From: Chloroflexota bacterium
GTDB lineage: Bacteria; Chloroflexota; Anaerolineae; UBA2200; JACIWT01
NCBI GenBank assembly: GCA_014360825.1
Contig: JACIWT010000006.1
Coordinates: 47,165 to 111,164, forward strand
DNA length: 64,000 bases
Direction of reading: 5' to 3'
Both the position numbers and the translations under genes were made by a program. Position 1 is the stretch's first letter. Each line of letters begins with the position of its first letter. Shown here piece by piece: positions 30,816 through 41,899 of the stretch. The notes under the pieces are model-generated. The model had not been told where the DNA came from. It did no database searches and worked only from the letters and a program-made list of their open reading frames with translations.

Positions 30816-32783
30816 ATGTTTTTGCCCCAAGCAATGACAGAAATCGAATTAGTGGTCCCGGAAAAAGATGTTCTAGCCGTAACCGAGTTGTTGGCGGAGC
30901 AGGGGGTTTTCCATCCAGTAGACGTCAGTCATCTAAGTTTGGAAGCCGAATCTGGCTCTGAAGATAATTGGCAGCAGCGGTCCGCTGCCTATTCTGCGCT
31001 GGAACGCAGGGTATTAACACTGATGAAGACGTTGAATGTGGAAGAAGGTCAGCCATCACCAGAGCTCGCAAAACTCCAGCTCATTGACATAGATTTGGTT
31101 TCCCTGACGATAGATCACATAGAGCAGGAGATTCAGGAGATCACCCGCGATTTAGAACAAGGGCAGAAGAGGTTAGAGCAACTCCAGCGCTATATCTACC
31201 AACTTGAGCCTCTCATGCACTTGGATATTGACATCAGCGCCCTGCGTAGTCTGCGTTACCTGGTGGCGTTATTGGGCATCATGCCGGCAGACAACGTGGA
31301 GCGACTGCGCACCAGCCTAATCCACATCCCTTATGTACTGTTGATTCTACGCGAAGAGAATCGGCAAGCAGTTGTTTTGCTTGTCGGTGCTCGGCGCGAT
31401 GCAGGTATCCTAGAGCGAGCCGCTCGCAGCGCCTACCTCAACCCTCTGAAACTGCCCGACGATTACCGCGGCACCCCCGACCAAATCATTGCCGCCGTTC
31501 GCGCTGGTATCAAGCGCATGGAGCAACACATCGCTGACCAGAAGGTAGAAATCGAGAGAAGGCACAACACTCTGGGGCGTCAACTGAGAGCCTTATTGTG
31601 GCGCCTACGTATAAGCCGGATGGTGGCGGAGGCGGTGGTTCGTTATGGCAAACGACACTATACGTACCTCATTGTTGGCTGGGTACCCACTGATCGAGTC
31701 GAAAACCTCAGCCAGCAACTTCATCAAGTGTCCAGTGCAATCTTTATCGAGGCCCGGACCCCCGTCCGGCATAATGAGAACCAAAATGTACCAACTTCCT
31801 TGAATAATCCCCCCTTCCTGCGACCATTTCAGCAGTTAGTCACGAACTATGGGTATCCGCGTTACGCCGAGATCGACCCTACGCCACTGATGGCCCTGAC
31901 ATATCCTCTCATCTTTGGGATTATGTTTGGTGATGTGGGTCACGGAGCGGTGATGACGTTGTTGGGTGGGTTGCTGATCAGCCGGCGAGTGAAAGTTTTG
32001 CGAGGACTTGGTGACCTGGGCCCGCTCATTTTCCTGTGCGGGCTAGTAGCCACGCTCTTTGGGTTTTTGTATGGCAGCGTCTTTGGCCTGGAGCACATAT
32101 TACCCGCACTTTGGCTTCGTCCACTGAGGAACATCAGCGATATTTTGTTAGTGACAGTGATAACGGGAACAGCATTACTAAACATAGGATTTCTGTGCTA
32201 TCTGGCAAATGCCTGGCTCGCGCGTGACTGGGGGCATTTCATCAGCGGTCGTAATGGGATCGCAGGGATCGTGCTATATTGGGCTTTGGTTGGATTCGTG
32301 GTGAAAACTTTTGCCCCCAACCTGCCTATACCTTTGAGCTCCACGATTTTCGGTCTACTCGCTGGGATAGCGGGCATCGCGATCGTGTTCGAGGGGGTTC
32401 TGTCCAATTGGATTGCGGGGCGCAGACCGCTGCTCGAAAGTGGTTTCGGGACATATCTCGTCCAGGCTTTTTTTGAACTATTCGAGACATTATTGGGCTT
32501 TCTCAGCAACACACTCTCATATGTGCGCATGGGGGCATTTGCGGTGGCCCATGGTGGCTTGAGTGCTGTGGTCTTTATTCTAGCTGAGATGGTCAGCCCA
32601 AGCCATGGCATTGGGTATTGGCTTGTGGCAGCGCTGGGCAATTTGGTTATCATAGGGTTCGAGGGACTAATCGTGGGTATTCAGACCCTGCGTCTTGAAT
32701 ACTATGAGTTCTTTAGCAAGTTCTTTACGGGCGGAGGAGCAAGTTACACACCGCTGAAGTTGCTATCGCAAGCAAAAGAATAG
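30816..32783 (+). CDS. V/A-type ATPase subunit I (a subunit, stator/proton channel)
   Basis: 655 aa. The soluble N-terminal coiled-coil half is followed by about 7-8 TM helices containing the conserved LSYVRMGAFAVAHG (essential Arg) motif. Confidence 0.88.
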   Translation: MFLPQAMTEIELVVPEKDVLAVTELLAEQGVFHPVDVSHLSLEAESGSEDNWQQRSAAYSALERRVLTLMKTLNVEEGQPSPELAKLQLIDIDLVSLTIDHIEQEIQEITRDLEQGQKRLEQLQRYIYQLEPLMHLDIDISALRSLRYLVALLGIMPADNVERLRTSLIHIPYVLLILREENRQAVVLLVGARRDAGILERAARSAYLNPLKLPDDYRGTPDQIIAAVRAGIKRMEQHIADQKVEIERRHNTLGRQLRALLWRLRISRMVAEAVVRYGKRHYTYLIVGWVPTDRVENLSQQLHQVSSAIFIEARTPVRHNENQNVPTSLNNPPFLRPFQQLVTNYGYPRYAEIDPTPLMALTYPLIFGIMFGDVGHGAVMTLLGGLLISRRVKVLRGLGDLGPLIFLCGLVATLFGFLYGSVFGLEHILPALWLRPLRNISDILLVTVITGTALLNIGFLCYLANAWLARDWGHFISGRNGIAGIVLYWALVGFVVKTFAPNLPIPLSSTIFGLLAGIAGIAIVFEGVLSNWIAGRRPLLESGFGTYLVQAFFELFETLLGFLSNTLSYVRMGAFAVAHGGLSAVVFILAEMVSPSHGIGYWLVAALGNLVIIGFEGLIVGIQTLRLEYYEFFSKFFTGGGASYTPLKLLSQAKE

Positions 32784-32786
32784 TAA

Positions 32787-33254
<468 letters not shown>

Positions 33255-33261
33255 CGCGACG

Positions 33262-33567
33262 ATGAAGATGGCAGTCATAGGAAATGCAGAAACTGTGCTT
33301 GGCTTCTCGCTGGCCGGTGTTCACGGGCAGGTAGCAGAAAGTGCCCCGCAGGTCAACCTGGCTCTCGATCAGGCTCTGAACGATCCCCAAATTGGCATAG
33401 TGATTGTAACAGAGGATGCGGCGGACTTGGTTCCAGCCAGAATGGCGCAACTCAAAATGCGCAGCACGGTACCATTAGTGGTTGAGATCCCCGGGCCTGC
33501 AGGACCGCGCCCAGATCAACCGTCTCTTAGTGAAGTAATCCGCCGAGCCGTTGGAGTGAAGTTTTAG
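33262..33567 (+). CDS. V/A-type ATPase subunit F
   Basis: MKMAVIGNAETVLGFSLAGV...IGIVIVTED. 101 aa, in the expected operon position. Confidence 0.8.
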   Translation: MKMAVIGNAETVLGFSLAGVHGQVAESAPQVNLALDQALNDPQIGIVIVTEDAADLVPARMAQLKMRSTVPLVVEIPGPAGPRPDQPSLSEVIRRAVGVKF

Positions 33568-33608
33568 AGACCCCTAACTACCCAAAAACTGATGGTGGTC
33601 AAAATAAG

Positions 33609-34259
33609 ATGGCCAAAGACTGGAACAACAGAATTGCGAAATCCGAAAGCGAGGGCTCGAGTGCGCTATCACGTGCGGTGTTGGGCAGGGCGACAGCGGA
33701 AGCAGAGCAAATATTAGCCGACGCCCAGGCTAAGGCAGAACGCCTTCGCCAGGAGGCACACGAGCGAGCCCAGGGGGAACGAAAAGCAATCTTAGAGCGC
33801 GCCCTCCGGGAAGCAGATCAAATCCGGAAGCAGGCAGTTATCACAGCCCAACTCCAGGCGCAAACCATGCGGCTTCAGCGTCGCGAGGGCCTACTAAACC
33901 AAGTGTTCGAGGAAGCGCACAGAAAATTGGCTTCTGTGCAGCAGTGGAGCAATTACCGTCAAATTGCCGAGCAACTGATCCGCGAAGCAGTAATGAGCCT
34001 GAACTCGGATCCCATACGTATCAGTGCCGATGCCAAAACTCGCTCCTTGCTACCTGAGACCGCGCTGGCTGCGCTCGCAAAGGACCTAAAAGTCCAACTG
34101 GAGATTGGTCCAGAATTGGAGCATGGTACAGGCATCATCGCTGAGACCACGGACGGACGCCAGCGCTATGATAACACGCTGGAAATCAGACTGAATCGGC
34201 GATGGGAAACTATCCGTGCACCAGTATATCGCTTGTTGATAGGAGAGCATGGATCGTGA
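33609..34259 (+). CDS. V/A-type ATPase subunit E
   Basis: 216 aa with a long N-terminal helix (AEAEQILADAQAKAERLRQEA...) and a globular C-terminus. Its TGA stop overlaps the GTG start of subunit A. Confidence 0.72.
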   Translation: MAKDWNNRIAKSESEGSSALSRAVLGRATAEAEQILADAQAKAERLRQEAHERAQGERKAILERALREADQIRKQAVITAQLQAQTMRLQRREGLLNQVFEEAHRKLASVQQWSNYRQIAEQLIREAVMSLNSDPIRISADAKTRSLLPETALAALAKDLKVQLEIGPELEHGTGIIAETTDGRQRYDNTLEIRLNRRWETIRAPVYRLLIGEHGS

Positions 34260-36022
34260 GCCAACCAGTTGGAACAGTGATCCGAATCAACGGGCCCGTG
34301 GTACAAGCCCGGGGCTCGCGCCAAATAGGCATGCTGGAAGTAGTCGAAGTGGGTGAGGAGCGATTGGTCGGCGAGGTCATCGGCCTCGAAGATTCAGTGG
34401 TTACGATCCAGGTCTACGAAGAAACGTCGGGCATGCGGCCTGGCGCACCAGTATATGGTACAGGACTGCCGCTCTCAGTGGAGTTAGGGCCAGGCCTTCT
34501 AGGCAGTATTTTTGATGGCCTGCAACGGCCGTTGCCAGTACTGGAGATACGTAGCGGCTCCTTTATCAGGCGTGGTGTGCACCTCACTCCCCTATACCGC
34601 AAAGCCCGCTGGGAATTTAGGCCCAGAGTTAAAGAAGGGGAGAAGGCTACTGGAGGCATAATCCTGGGCACAGTCCCGGAGACCCAATCTTTGGAACACC
34701 ACGTAATGGTCCCCTTGGATGTCGAGGGTATATTCACCTGGGTGGCACCACCGGGAGAATATACCCTTGAGGAACCAATTGCACGGGTGCAGACAGAAAG
34801 TGGCGAGCGCGTCCTGACAATGTTACAGCGCTGGCCTGTTCGCCGGCCCCGCCCTTATCGAAATCGCCTGACTTCAACCGTTCCACTCATCACGGGTCAG
34901 CGAGTATTGGATACCCTTTTTCCTCTGGCTAAAGGCGGTGCGGCTGCTATCCCTGGCGGCTTCGGTGCTGGCAAGACGATTTTACAGCACCAAATTGCAA
35001 AGTGGAGCGATGCTGATGTGGTGGTCTATGTCGGTTGCGGCGAGCGGGGCAACGAGATGACGGACCTGCTGCGAGCATTTCCTGCGCTTGTTGACCCGCG
35101 CAGCGGCCGCCCCTTGATGGAAAGGACTGTGCTTATCGCCAACACCTCCAACATGCCCGTGGCAGCCCGCGAAGCCAGCATATACACCGGAATCACCATC
35201 GCGGAATATTATCGCGATATGGGTTATCACGTAGCACTGATGGCGGATTCGACATCCCGTTGGGCAGAAGCGTTGCGAGAGATCTCAGGACGATTAGAAG
35301 AGATGCCTGCCGAAGAGGGATACCCGGCGTACTTGGCTGCCCGATTAGCAGAGTTCTATGAGCGTGCTGGCTATGTGGAAACGCTCGGAGGGCAGCCTGG
35401 CTCTGTAAGTGTAATTGGCGCTGTATCTCCTCCAGGTGGAGACTTCTCAGAGCCCGTAACTCAGCACACCAAGCGTTTCATTAGATGTTTCTGGGCGCTG
35501 GATAAAGCATTAGCATCAGCCCGCCACTTTCCCGCTATCAATTGGCTGGAGAGTTATAGCGAGTACGTGGATGATGTAGCCCATTGGTGGCAGGAACAGA
35601 TAGGACAAGATTGGAGGACTATGCGTGACCAGGCGATGGCAATCTTGCAGCGGGAGAGCCACCTGGAGCAAATCGTCAAATTGGTGGGCCCGGATGCGTT
35701 GCCTGATGACCAAAGGCTGATCCTGGAAACCGCCAGGATCCTGAGAGAGGGTTTCTTGCAACAGAACGCTCTGGAGGAGATAGACACTTACACCACATTG
35801 CAGAAACAAGTTCAGATGTTAGATCTTATTTTGCATTTTCATAAGAGGGCAGAGCAGATCATCGAACGAGGCTGCCCCATCGTGGTACTTCGCGATCTGC
35901 CAGTATTAAATTCGTTGATGCGGATGAAATCCGTCGTTCGCAACGAGCAGTTAGAGGAATTCAAGAAGATACGTAAAGATTTGGACGACCAAATGGACAA
36001 GTTAGAGGCAGAATACAAGTGA
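34256..36022 (+). CDS. atpA: V/A-type ATPase catalytic subunit A
   Basis: Walker [10 protein letters not shown], plus GERGNEM...[14 protein letters not shown]...[19 protein letters not shown] place the start at GTG 34256 (AGGAGAG 8 nt upstream; GTGA overlap with subunit E); the track ORF starts at 34202. Confidence 0.95.
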   Translation: MSQPVGTVIRINGPVVQARGSRQIGMLEVVEVGEERLVGEVIGLEDSVVTIQVYEETSGMRPGAPVYGTGLPLSVELGPGLLGSIFDGLQRPLPVLEIRSGSFIRRGVHLTPLYRKARWEFRPRVKEGEKATGGIILGTVPETQSLEHHVMVPLDVEGIFTWVAPPGEYTLEEPIARVQTESGERVLTMLQRWPVRRPRPYRNRLTSTVPLITGQRVLDTLFPLAKGGAAAIPGGFGAGKTILQHQIAKWSDADVVVYVGCGERGNEMTDLLRAFPALVDPRSGRPLMERTVLIANTSNMPVAAREASIYTGITIAEYYRDMGYHVALMADSTSRWAEALREISGRLEEMPAEEGYPAYLAARLAEFYERAGYVETLGGQPGSVSVIGAVSPPGGDFSEPVTQHTKRFIRCFWALDKALASARHFPAINWLESYSEYVDDVAHWWQEQIGQDWRTMRDQAMAILQRESHLEQIVKLVGPDALPDDQRLILETARILREGFLQQNALEEIDTYTTLQKQVQMLDLILHFHKRAEQIIERGCPIVVLRDLPVLNSLMRMKSVVRNEQLEEFKKIRKDLDDQMDKLEAEYK

Positions 36023-37458
36023 CCGAGCAGATAAACTACGGGGAGCGAGAAATTATCGGCGTGGCTCGCGTCGAGGGCCCCATTGTGGTGGTACAAGGGG
36101 TGCGCAATGCAGGCTACGACGAAATTGTGGAGGTCATTGACAGCCAAGGGCGGCAGCGGTTAGGGCGAGTGTTGGAAGTGGGGGAGGACGTGGCAGTCCT
36201 GGAGGTATTTGCTGGCACCACTGGCCTTGATATCGAGGACACTCGGATACGCTTCCTTGGGCATCCGCTACACATCCCGGTGTCTGAAGAGATGCTGGGG
36301 CGTGTGTTCAACGGCATGGGCGAGCCCATAGACGGCGGTCCGCCGCCATTGGCTGACCGCTACGTTAACGTCAATGGCGAGCCCATTAATCCCACGGCAC
36401 GCGTTTACCCGCAGGACTACATTCAAACGGGCATCTCTGGCATTGACGGGATGAACACGCTGGTGATGGGACAGAAATTGCCTATTTTTTCAGGCAGTGG
36501 ATTGCCTCACGATCAACTGGCTGCCCAAATAGTACGGCAGGCCGAACTGGGCATGCCTGTAGAGACGGAGCGCCAAGATATCGCTTCAGACCAGAAACCT
36601 TCTGCGAAGTTTGTTGTCGTTTTCGCTGCTATAGGTGTGAAGCACGACGTAGCCACGTATTTCCAGGAGTCATTTGCAGAAAGCGGTGCTCTACCACGCG
36701 TAGCCGCGTTTCTGAACTTAGCCGATGATCCGCCAGTGGAGCGACTGGTAACACCTCGAGTGGCCTTGACTCTGGCCGAGTATCTGGCCTTCGATCGCCA
36801 AATGCACGTATTGGTTATATTAACCGATATGACCAATTACTGTGAAGCCCTACGTCAGATATCGAATATCCGAGGAGAGGTGCCCAGTCGCAAGGGTTAC
36901 CCTGGCTACCTATACAGTGACCTGGCGTCAATTTATGAGCGGACAGGCCGGATCAAAGGCAGCGCCGGGTCCATAACCCAGATCGCAATCCTCACCATGC
37001 CAAACGATGATATCACCCACCCAGTGCCAGATCTCACGGGCTACATTGCCGAGGGACAGATTGTGCTCGGACGGGATTTGTTTCAGCAGGGCATTTACCC
37101 CCCTATCGCCGTATTGCCGAGTCTGTCGAGGCTAATGAAAGATAGTATTGGAGCAGGTCGTACGCGGGCGGACCACTCACACCTCGCTGCACAACTATAT
37201 GCCGCATACGCGCATGTTCAGAGCGTACGAGCGCTGGCGTCTGTAATCGGCGAGGAGGAACTATCGGCGGTGGACCGGCTATACCTGGAATTTGGGCACG
37301 CATTCGAGCGAGAGTTTCTGAGTCAAGGAACATCCGAAAACCGAAGTATGGGAGAAACTCTGAAAATCGGCTGGCGCGTTGTGTCCATCCTGCCTCAAGA
37401 AGAACTCACGCGCCTCACTGAAGAGGAGATTCGGCAGTATTACCGTGAGGGGAAGTAG
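36019..37458 (+). CDS. atpB: V/A-type ATPase subunit B
   Basis: [14 protein letters not shown]...[37 protein letters not shown]...[20 protein letters not shown] overlap with subunit A. Confidence 0.95.
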   Translation: MTEQINYGEREIIGVARVEGPIVVVQGVRNAGYDEIVEVIDSQGRQRLGRVLEVGEDVAVLEVFAGTTGLDIEDTRIRFLGHPLHIPVSEEMLGRVFNGMGEPIDGGPPPLADRYVNVNGEPINPTARVYPQDYIQTGISGIDGMNTLVMGQKLPIFSGSGLPHDQLAAQIVRQAELGMPVETERQDIASDQKPSAKFVVVFAAIGVKHDVATYFQESFAESGALPRVAAFLNLADDPPVERLVTPRVALTLAEYLAFDRQMHVLVILTDMTNYCEALRQISNIRGEVPSRKGYPGYLYSDLASIYERTGRIKGSAGSITQIAILTMPNDDITHPVPDLTGYIAEGQIVLGRDLFQQGIYPPIAVLPSLSRLMKDSIGAGRTRADHSHLAAQLYAAYAHVQSVRALASVIGEEELSAVDRLYLEFGHAFEREFLSQGTSENRSMGETLKIGWRVVSILPQEELTRLTEEEIRQYYREGK

Positions 37459-37463
37459 TTTGC

Positions 37464-38201
37464 ATGCCACAGATTAATATCCAGCCTACGCGCAGCAATC
37501 TTCTTCGGCTCAAGCAGAACCTCCAACTGGCACGCGAGGGGTACGAGATTTTAGACAAGAAGCGCGAAGTGCTAACCGCCGAGTTGGTGCACCTGGCACA
37601 TGACGCGGAGACGCTTCAAGAAGAGCTGTGGAAATTATTAACAACGGCCTACCGTGCCTTGGAGGAAGCAAGGTTAGTCATGGGTCAGGAGCGCGTAGAG
37701 TGGGCTGCGCTGGCGGTTAACAAAACCGTTGAAGTTCGCGTCAAGTTGCACAGCGTGATGGGAGTCCCAGTTCCTATTGTGGAAAGTTATGGCGAGCCAC
37801 CCGAAATGCCCTATGGATTAGGAGATACCACCGTCGCGCTCGATGAAGCCAGCATGCGTTTTCGAGCCGTCGTGGCTCGTATACCCCAGTTTGCAGAATT
37901 CGTCACCTCGGTGTGGAGACTAGCCAAGGAACTACAGAAGACCCAGCGGCGGGTGAATGCCTTGCAGCACATCTTCATACCCTACTATGAGTCCGCTGTG
38001 GCCTTTATCGAAAGCGCTCTGGAGGAGCGTGAACGAGAGGAGGCTTTCCGACTCAAACGCATCAAGACTAAGACAGCTCGCCCAACAATCGGACCACCCA
38101 CGCGCGAGTACGGACAGCCATATCGTGATATCTCTGGTGGGAAGTCGCCTATTTACCGTGATATTATGGGATCCAACCCTCGATCAGGTGAGTTTGGCTA
38201 G
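37464..38201 (+). CDS. atpD: V/A-type ATPase subunit D (central stalk)
   Basis: INIQPTRSNLLRLKQNLQLAREGYEILDKKREVL...RRVNALQHIFIP. The protein has a roughly 40-aa C-terminal extension. Confidence 0.85.
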   Translation: MPQINIQPTRSNLLRLKQNLQLAREGYEILDKKREVLTAELVHLAHDAETLQEELWKLLTTAYRALEEARLVMGQERVEWAALAVNKTVEVRVKLHSVMGVPVPIVESYGEPPEMPYGLGDTTVALDEASMRFRAVVARIPQFAEFVTSVWRLAKELQKTQRRVNALQHIFIPYYESAVAFIESALEEREREEAFRLKRIKTKTARPTIGPPTREYGQPYRDISGGKSPIYRDIMGSNPRSGEFG

Positions 38202-38215
38202 GGAAGGAGGATCGA

Positions 38216-38668
38216 GTGGAAGCCACACGAGCACCGTTTCAGCAGATCCTGGTACCCATTGACGGTTCCGAGACCTCGCTCAATGCGGCTCGATTGGCCA
38301 TCCGCGTGGCCCAAACCCATCGGGCGAACTTGTGTTTTCTGTATGTAGTGGATACTAGATCCACAGCAGAAATAGCACGTTTTTCGGGGCGCGCAGACGA
38401 AGATCTGCAGGCAGAACTCAAAATACAAGGGCAACGCTACCTGAATTACGCTTCCAACCTGGCTGCTGCTGCCGGCCAGACGGCCACCGTGACATTACGT
38501 GTTGGGATACCCCAGCAAGAAATCACAGCCGAAGCACGGGAACGAGGCGTAGATCTGATAGTCATTGGGCGGGTGGGACAACGGGGTCCTCGACGCGTCA
38601 TGATTGGTAGTGTTGCGGAGCGCGTCATTGAATATGCTCCCTGTCCAGTGCTGGTTGTGCAAGGTTGA
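38216..38668 (+). CDS. Universal stress protein (UspA family)
   Basis: ILVPIDGSETS...DLIVIGRVGQRGPRRVMIGSVAERVIEYAPCPVLVV. Confidence 0.85.
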   Translation: MEATRAPFQQILVPIDGSETSLNAARLAIRVAQTHRANLCFLYVVDTRSTAEIARFSGRADEDLQAELKIQGQRYLNYASNLAAAAGQTATVTLRVGIPQQEITAEARERGVDLIVIGRVGQRGPRRVMIGSVAERVIEYAPCPVLVVQG

Positions 38669-38744
38669 TCCCCAGAGTATGGGCCTTTCCATCGGATTCA
38701 GAGGCGAGATTTTTCGAGATCACTCACTGCACCCATTGGCGCAG

Positions 38745-38808
38745 TACGTGGCCAATTTGACAGTATCGTCTTCGAGGGCTATAATATAAAACAAATAGCA
38801 TAAACGCT
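38745..38808 (+). repeat. Left copy of an imperfect direct repeat flanking the thi module
   Basis: TACGTGGCC + AATTTGACAGTATC ... AACAAATAGCA + TAAACGCT. The same blocks recur in the same order at 44764-44889. Confidence 0.45.
38757..38785 (+). promoter_or_regulatory. Consensus sigma-70-type promoter (TTGACA-17 nt-TATAAT) for the riboswitch-thi operon
   Basis: TTGACA at 38757-38762, an exactly 17-nt spacer, and TATAAT at 38780-38785. The riboswitch begins about 18 nt downstream. Confidence 0.7.
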
Positions 38809-38915
38809 GGGGGAGCTCGGTAACGGCCGGGCTGAGAGGGCGACTTGCCCCTTCTGAGGGCATAATCGCCGACCCCATGAACCTGACCTGGGTAATGCTA
38901 GCGGAGGGAAGCGAA
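38803..38915 (+). promoter_or_regulatory. TPP (THI-box) riboswitch
   Basis: ACGCTGGGGGAGC...GGGCTGAGAGGG...GACCCCATGAACCTGACCTGGGTAATGCTAGCGGAGGGAAGCG contains the conserved CUGAGA, ACCUGA and GGGUAAUGC..GCG.AGGGA elements. It lies upstream of thiamine genes. Confidence 0.85.
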
Positions 38916-38925
38916 GGATATTCGA

Positions 38926-38966
38926 GAGCCGTCGGCTTGTTTTCCCCAGGCCGACGGCTCCTTTTG
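38926..38966 (+). terminator. Riboswitch expression-platform intrinsic terminator
   Basis: An 11-bp perfect stem GAGCCGTCGGC / GCCGACGGCTC (38926-38936 and 38950-38960) followed by CTTTTGTG. It ends 33 nt before the transporter ATG. Confidence 0.75.
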
Positions 38967-38998
38967 TGAGTAGGTGCAATAAAGCAAGGAGGCGAAAG

Positions 38999-40309
38999 AT
39001 GCTCAAACTAAAGGCTCCTCCCGAATGGGGCATCGAGCCTGTTCCCAACAAGCACAGGATCCTGGGATTTCTGGACTATTTCGCCCTGTGGACGAGCCTG
39101 GGGGTGGGGTTATTGGTGTTGCTAGCCGGGACTTTCCTCGTGCCCGGTCTGAGTCTAGGCCAGGCTCTGCTGGCCATCGTCGTCGGCACGGCCATAGGCA
39201 ACCTGCTCCTGGCCTTGGCTGGTGTAGTAGGCAGTGACTGTGCTATCCCGACCATGGTCATGCTGCGTCCCGTGCTGGGCATACGCGGCTCCTACCTGCC
39301 TACTTTCCTCAACATCCTTCAACTCATCGGCTGGGGAGCCTTCGAGATCATCATCATGGCCCAGGCGGCTAACACCATCTCTCAGGCTCTTCTCGGTTTC
39401 TCTAATTATTTCCTGTGGGCTCTCTTTTTTGCAGGCTGGTGTACCTTACTGGCTATTGGCGGGCCGTTGGTAGTGGTGCGGCAGTGGCTAGAGAAGTTCG
39501 CCGTCTGGTTGGTTTATGCCATCACCATCTATCTCACATACTATCTCTTCTCTCACTATGACATCGGGGCTCTGCTGCGTCAACCTGGCACAGGCGAACT
39601 CCCGTTTTGGCTGGCCGTTGATTTGGTAGTGGCCATGCCAATTTCTTGGATGCCCCTGGTGGCCGATTACAATCGCTTTGCCCGCCATACCAGCCAAGCC
39701 TTTTGGGGTACCTACCTCGGCTACTTCCTGGCCAATGTCTGGTTCTATGGCTTGGGGGCCCTTTTCATCCTAACCCTCAAGACCGCCGATCTCATCCCGG
39801 CCATCATGGCTGTGACGGGTGGATGGGTGGTTCTCCTTCTCATTTTGGTGGACGAGACAGACAACTGCTTCGCTGATATCTACTCGGCCGCCGTCTCCGG
39901 CCAGAACATCTTATCCAAAGCCAAACAGTGGTGGCTGGCAGTGGGTGTAGGTGTCACCTGTTTCGCCCTGGCTGCCACCGTGCCCCTTGCTCAGTACGAG
40001 GGTTTTCTGCTTTTCATTGGCTCCGTGTTCAGCCCCCTCTTCGGAATTCTGGCTGCCGATTATTTCGTCCTCCGGAAGAGGCGTTACGAAGTGAACGAAC
40101 TTTATCGTCCAAAGGGGCTCTACTGGTATAACCAAGGAGTAAATTGGCGAGCGGTGCTCGCCTGGGCCCTGGGAATTCTTATCTACCAGGTCATCGCGCG
40201 TTGGGTGCCGTGGCTGGGTGCCTCTGTGCCCAGTTTCCTAGCCGCTTCTGTTCTGCACCTGGCTTTCGGCGGAATCAGGCAGCAGGTTAGGGAGCAGATA
40301 AGCGGATAG
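38999..40309 (+). CDS. NCS1-family permease, probable hydroxymethylpyrimidine/thiamine-precursor transporter (CytX-like)
   Basis: 12-TM protein with a cytosine/purine/allantoin-permease-like profile. It is the first gene after the TPP riboswitch. I place the start at ATG 38999 (AAGGAGG upstream); the track start at 38966 falls inside the terminator. Confidence 0.7.
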   Translation: MLKLKAPPEWGIEPVPNKHRILGFLDYFALWTSLGVGLLVLLAGTFLVPGLSLGQALLAIVVGTAIGNLLLALAGVVGSDCAIPTMVMLRPVLGIRGSYLPTFLNILQLIGWGAFEIIIMAQAANTISQALLGFSNYFLWALFFAGWCTLLAIGGPLVVVRQWLEKFAVWLVYAITIYLTYYLFSHYDIGALLRQPGTGELPFWLAVDLVVAMPISWMPLVADYNRFARHTSQAFWGTYLGYFLANVWFYGLGALFILTLKTADLIPAIMAVTGGWVVLLLILVDETDNCFADIYSAAVSGQNILSKAKQWWLAVGVGVTCFALAATVPLAQYEGFLLFIGSVFSPLFGILAADYFVLRKRRYEVNELYRPKGLYWYNQGVNWRAVLAWALGILIYQVIARWVPWLGASVPSFLAASVLHLAFGGIRQQVREQISG

Positions 40310-40434
40310 CAGCCTGGGAACAAGATAAGAGATTTTCAGGGCCGACCCACAGATCGTCGAAAGGCCGAAGGGTCTTTCTGACTCTCAGCCGCGATGCAGT
40401 GGATTCACACACAGGTCAAATCGAGGAGGAAAAA

Positions 40435-41241
40435 TTGAGCGAGTTAAGCGAAACAGTAGCCAAACTACTGGAAAAAATCCGACAGCAGAAGCCCTTGCTC
40501 CACCACATCACCAATTTTGTGGTCATGAATGACACAGCCAATGTTACCTTGGCTTTGGGCGCTCTGCCAGTGATGGCCCATGCCAAGGAGGAAGTAGCCG
40601 AGATGGTGGGCATAGCCGGAGCGTTGGTGCTGAATCCCGGCACACTCACGCCTGAGTGGGTGAATTCGATGATAGTGGCTGGAAAGAGGGCCAATGAGAT
40701 AGGCATCCCGATTATCCTCGACCCAGTAGGGGCCGGGGCCACTAGATTGCGCACCGAGAGCAATTTGCGCCTCTTAAGCGAACTTAGGATCGCCGTCTTG
40801 CGCGGCAATCCGGGTGAAGTAGGCACCCTGGCTGGTCTGGGGGGGAAGGTGAAGGGAGTCGAATCAGTCGAAGAGTTAAGGGATCCTCTCCAGGTGGCCT
40901 GTGGTTTAGCCAGCAAATTCAAGACCACAGTCGCCATCACCGGCAAGAGGGATATCATCTCCGATGGCAAGCGCGCTATAGCAGTGGACAACGGACACAT
41001 CATGCTAAAAACCATCACTGGCACTGGGTGCATGGCTACTACGGTCATCGCCGCCTTCGTTGCTGTGGAGAATGACCATCTAATAGCCACCGCCGCAGGT
41101 TTGGCCTGCTTCGGCTTGGCCGCTGAACTGGCTGCCGCTGAAGCCAAGGGGCCGGGGAGTTTCAAGACGGCCCTCTTCGATAGCCTATACAACCTATCCA
41201 CAGAACAAATAATGGCCGGGGCGAGAGTTCAGTTCTTGTGA
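40435..41241 (+). CDS. thiM: Hydroxyethylthiazole kinase
   Basis: PLLHHITNFVVMNDTANVTLALGALPVMAH...ILDPVGAGAT...ITGTGCM. I prefer TTG 40435 (GAGGAGG 5 nt upstream); the track ORF starts at GTG 40399. Confidence 0.85.
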   Translation: MSELSETVAKLLEKIRQQKPLLHHITNFVVMNDTANVTLALGALPVMAHAKEEVAEMVGIAGALVLNPGTLTPEWVNSMIVAGKRANEIGIPIILDPVGAGATRLRTESNLRLLSELRIAVLRGNPGEVGTLAGLGGKVKGVESVEELRDPLQVACGLASKFKTTVAITGKRDIISDGKRAIAVDNGHIMLKTITGTGCMATTVIAAFVAVENDHLIATAAGLACFGLAAELAAAEAKGPGSFKTALFDSLYNLSTEQIMAGARVQFL

Positions 41242-41262
41242 GTTGATCTCGGAGATGAGAGA

Positions 41263-41895
41263 ATGGATTGGAGTTTGCATGTGATCACCGATCGCAACCT
41301 TGCGCGAGGCAAGTCCCACCTGCAGGTAGCTCAAGCAGCCATCGAGGGAGGCGCTACTGTCATCCAACTCCGGGACAAGGAGGCCTCAACGAGAGAACTG
41401 ATCGAGGCCGGGTTAGCGCTGCGGAAACTCACCCTGGAACGGGGGGTGGCTTTCATCGTCAATGACCGGGTAGATGTAGCGCTGGCCGTGGAGGCGGATG
41501 GAGTGCATGTGGGCCAAGAGGATATGCCGGCAAATCTCGCCCGAAAACTGATGGGGTCGAACAGAATCGTGGGCGTTTCGGTTTCTACCGTGGAGGAAGC
41601 CCTGCAAGCCGAGGCGGATGGCGCAGACTATGTCTCGGCCTCGCCTGTCTTCACCACCCCCACTAAGCCAGATGCTCCCTCCCCGACTGGGCTGGAAGGA
41701 CTACGCCTTATCGCCGGTGTTGTCCATATCCCGGTGATAGCCATCGGCGGCATAAATGAGGAGAATGTGGAAGAAGTCATCAAGGCAGGCGCCGATGGCG
41801 TGGCGGTGATCTCGGCAGTAGTGGCTGCACCGGATATCACAGCCGCTGCTAAGGCGTTGCGAGAGAAAATAGCAATGGCAAGAAGGGAGCGATAG
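41263..41895 (+). CDS. thiE: Thiamine-phosphate synthase
   Basis: LHVITDRNL...VIQLRDKEAS...FIVNDRVDVALAVEADGVHVGQED...GVSVST...ADYVSASPVFTTPTKPD...IPVIAIGGI. Confidence 0.9.
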   Translation: MDWSLHVITDRNLARGKSHLQVAQAAIEGGATVIQLRDKEASTRELIEAGLALRKLTLERGVAFIVNDRVDVALAVEADGVHVGQEDMPANLARKLMGSNRIVGVSVSTVEEALQAEADGADYVSASPVFTTPTKPDAPSPTGLEGLRLIAGVVHIPVIAIGGINEENVEEVIKAGADGVAVISAVVAAPDITAAAKALREKIAMARRER

Positions 41896-41899
41896 ATAG

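Noticed and set aside
40416-41201. 261-aa ORF on the minus strand spanning almost all of thiM.
   Set aside because: It is antisense to a gene with clear ThiM motifs. The translation is low-complexity (A/S/P/T-rich), has no SD or start context, and is typical of a shadow ORF in GC-rich coding DNA.
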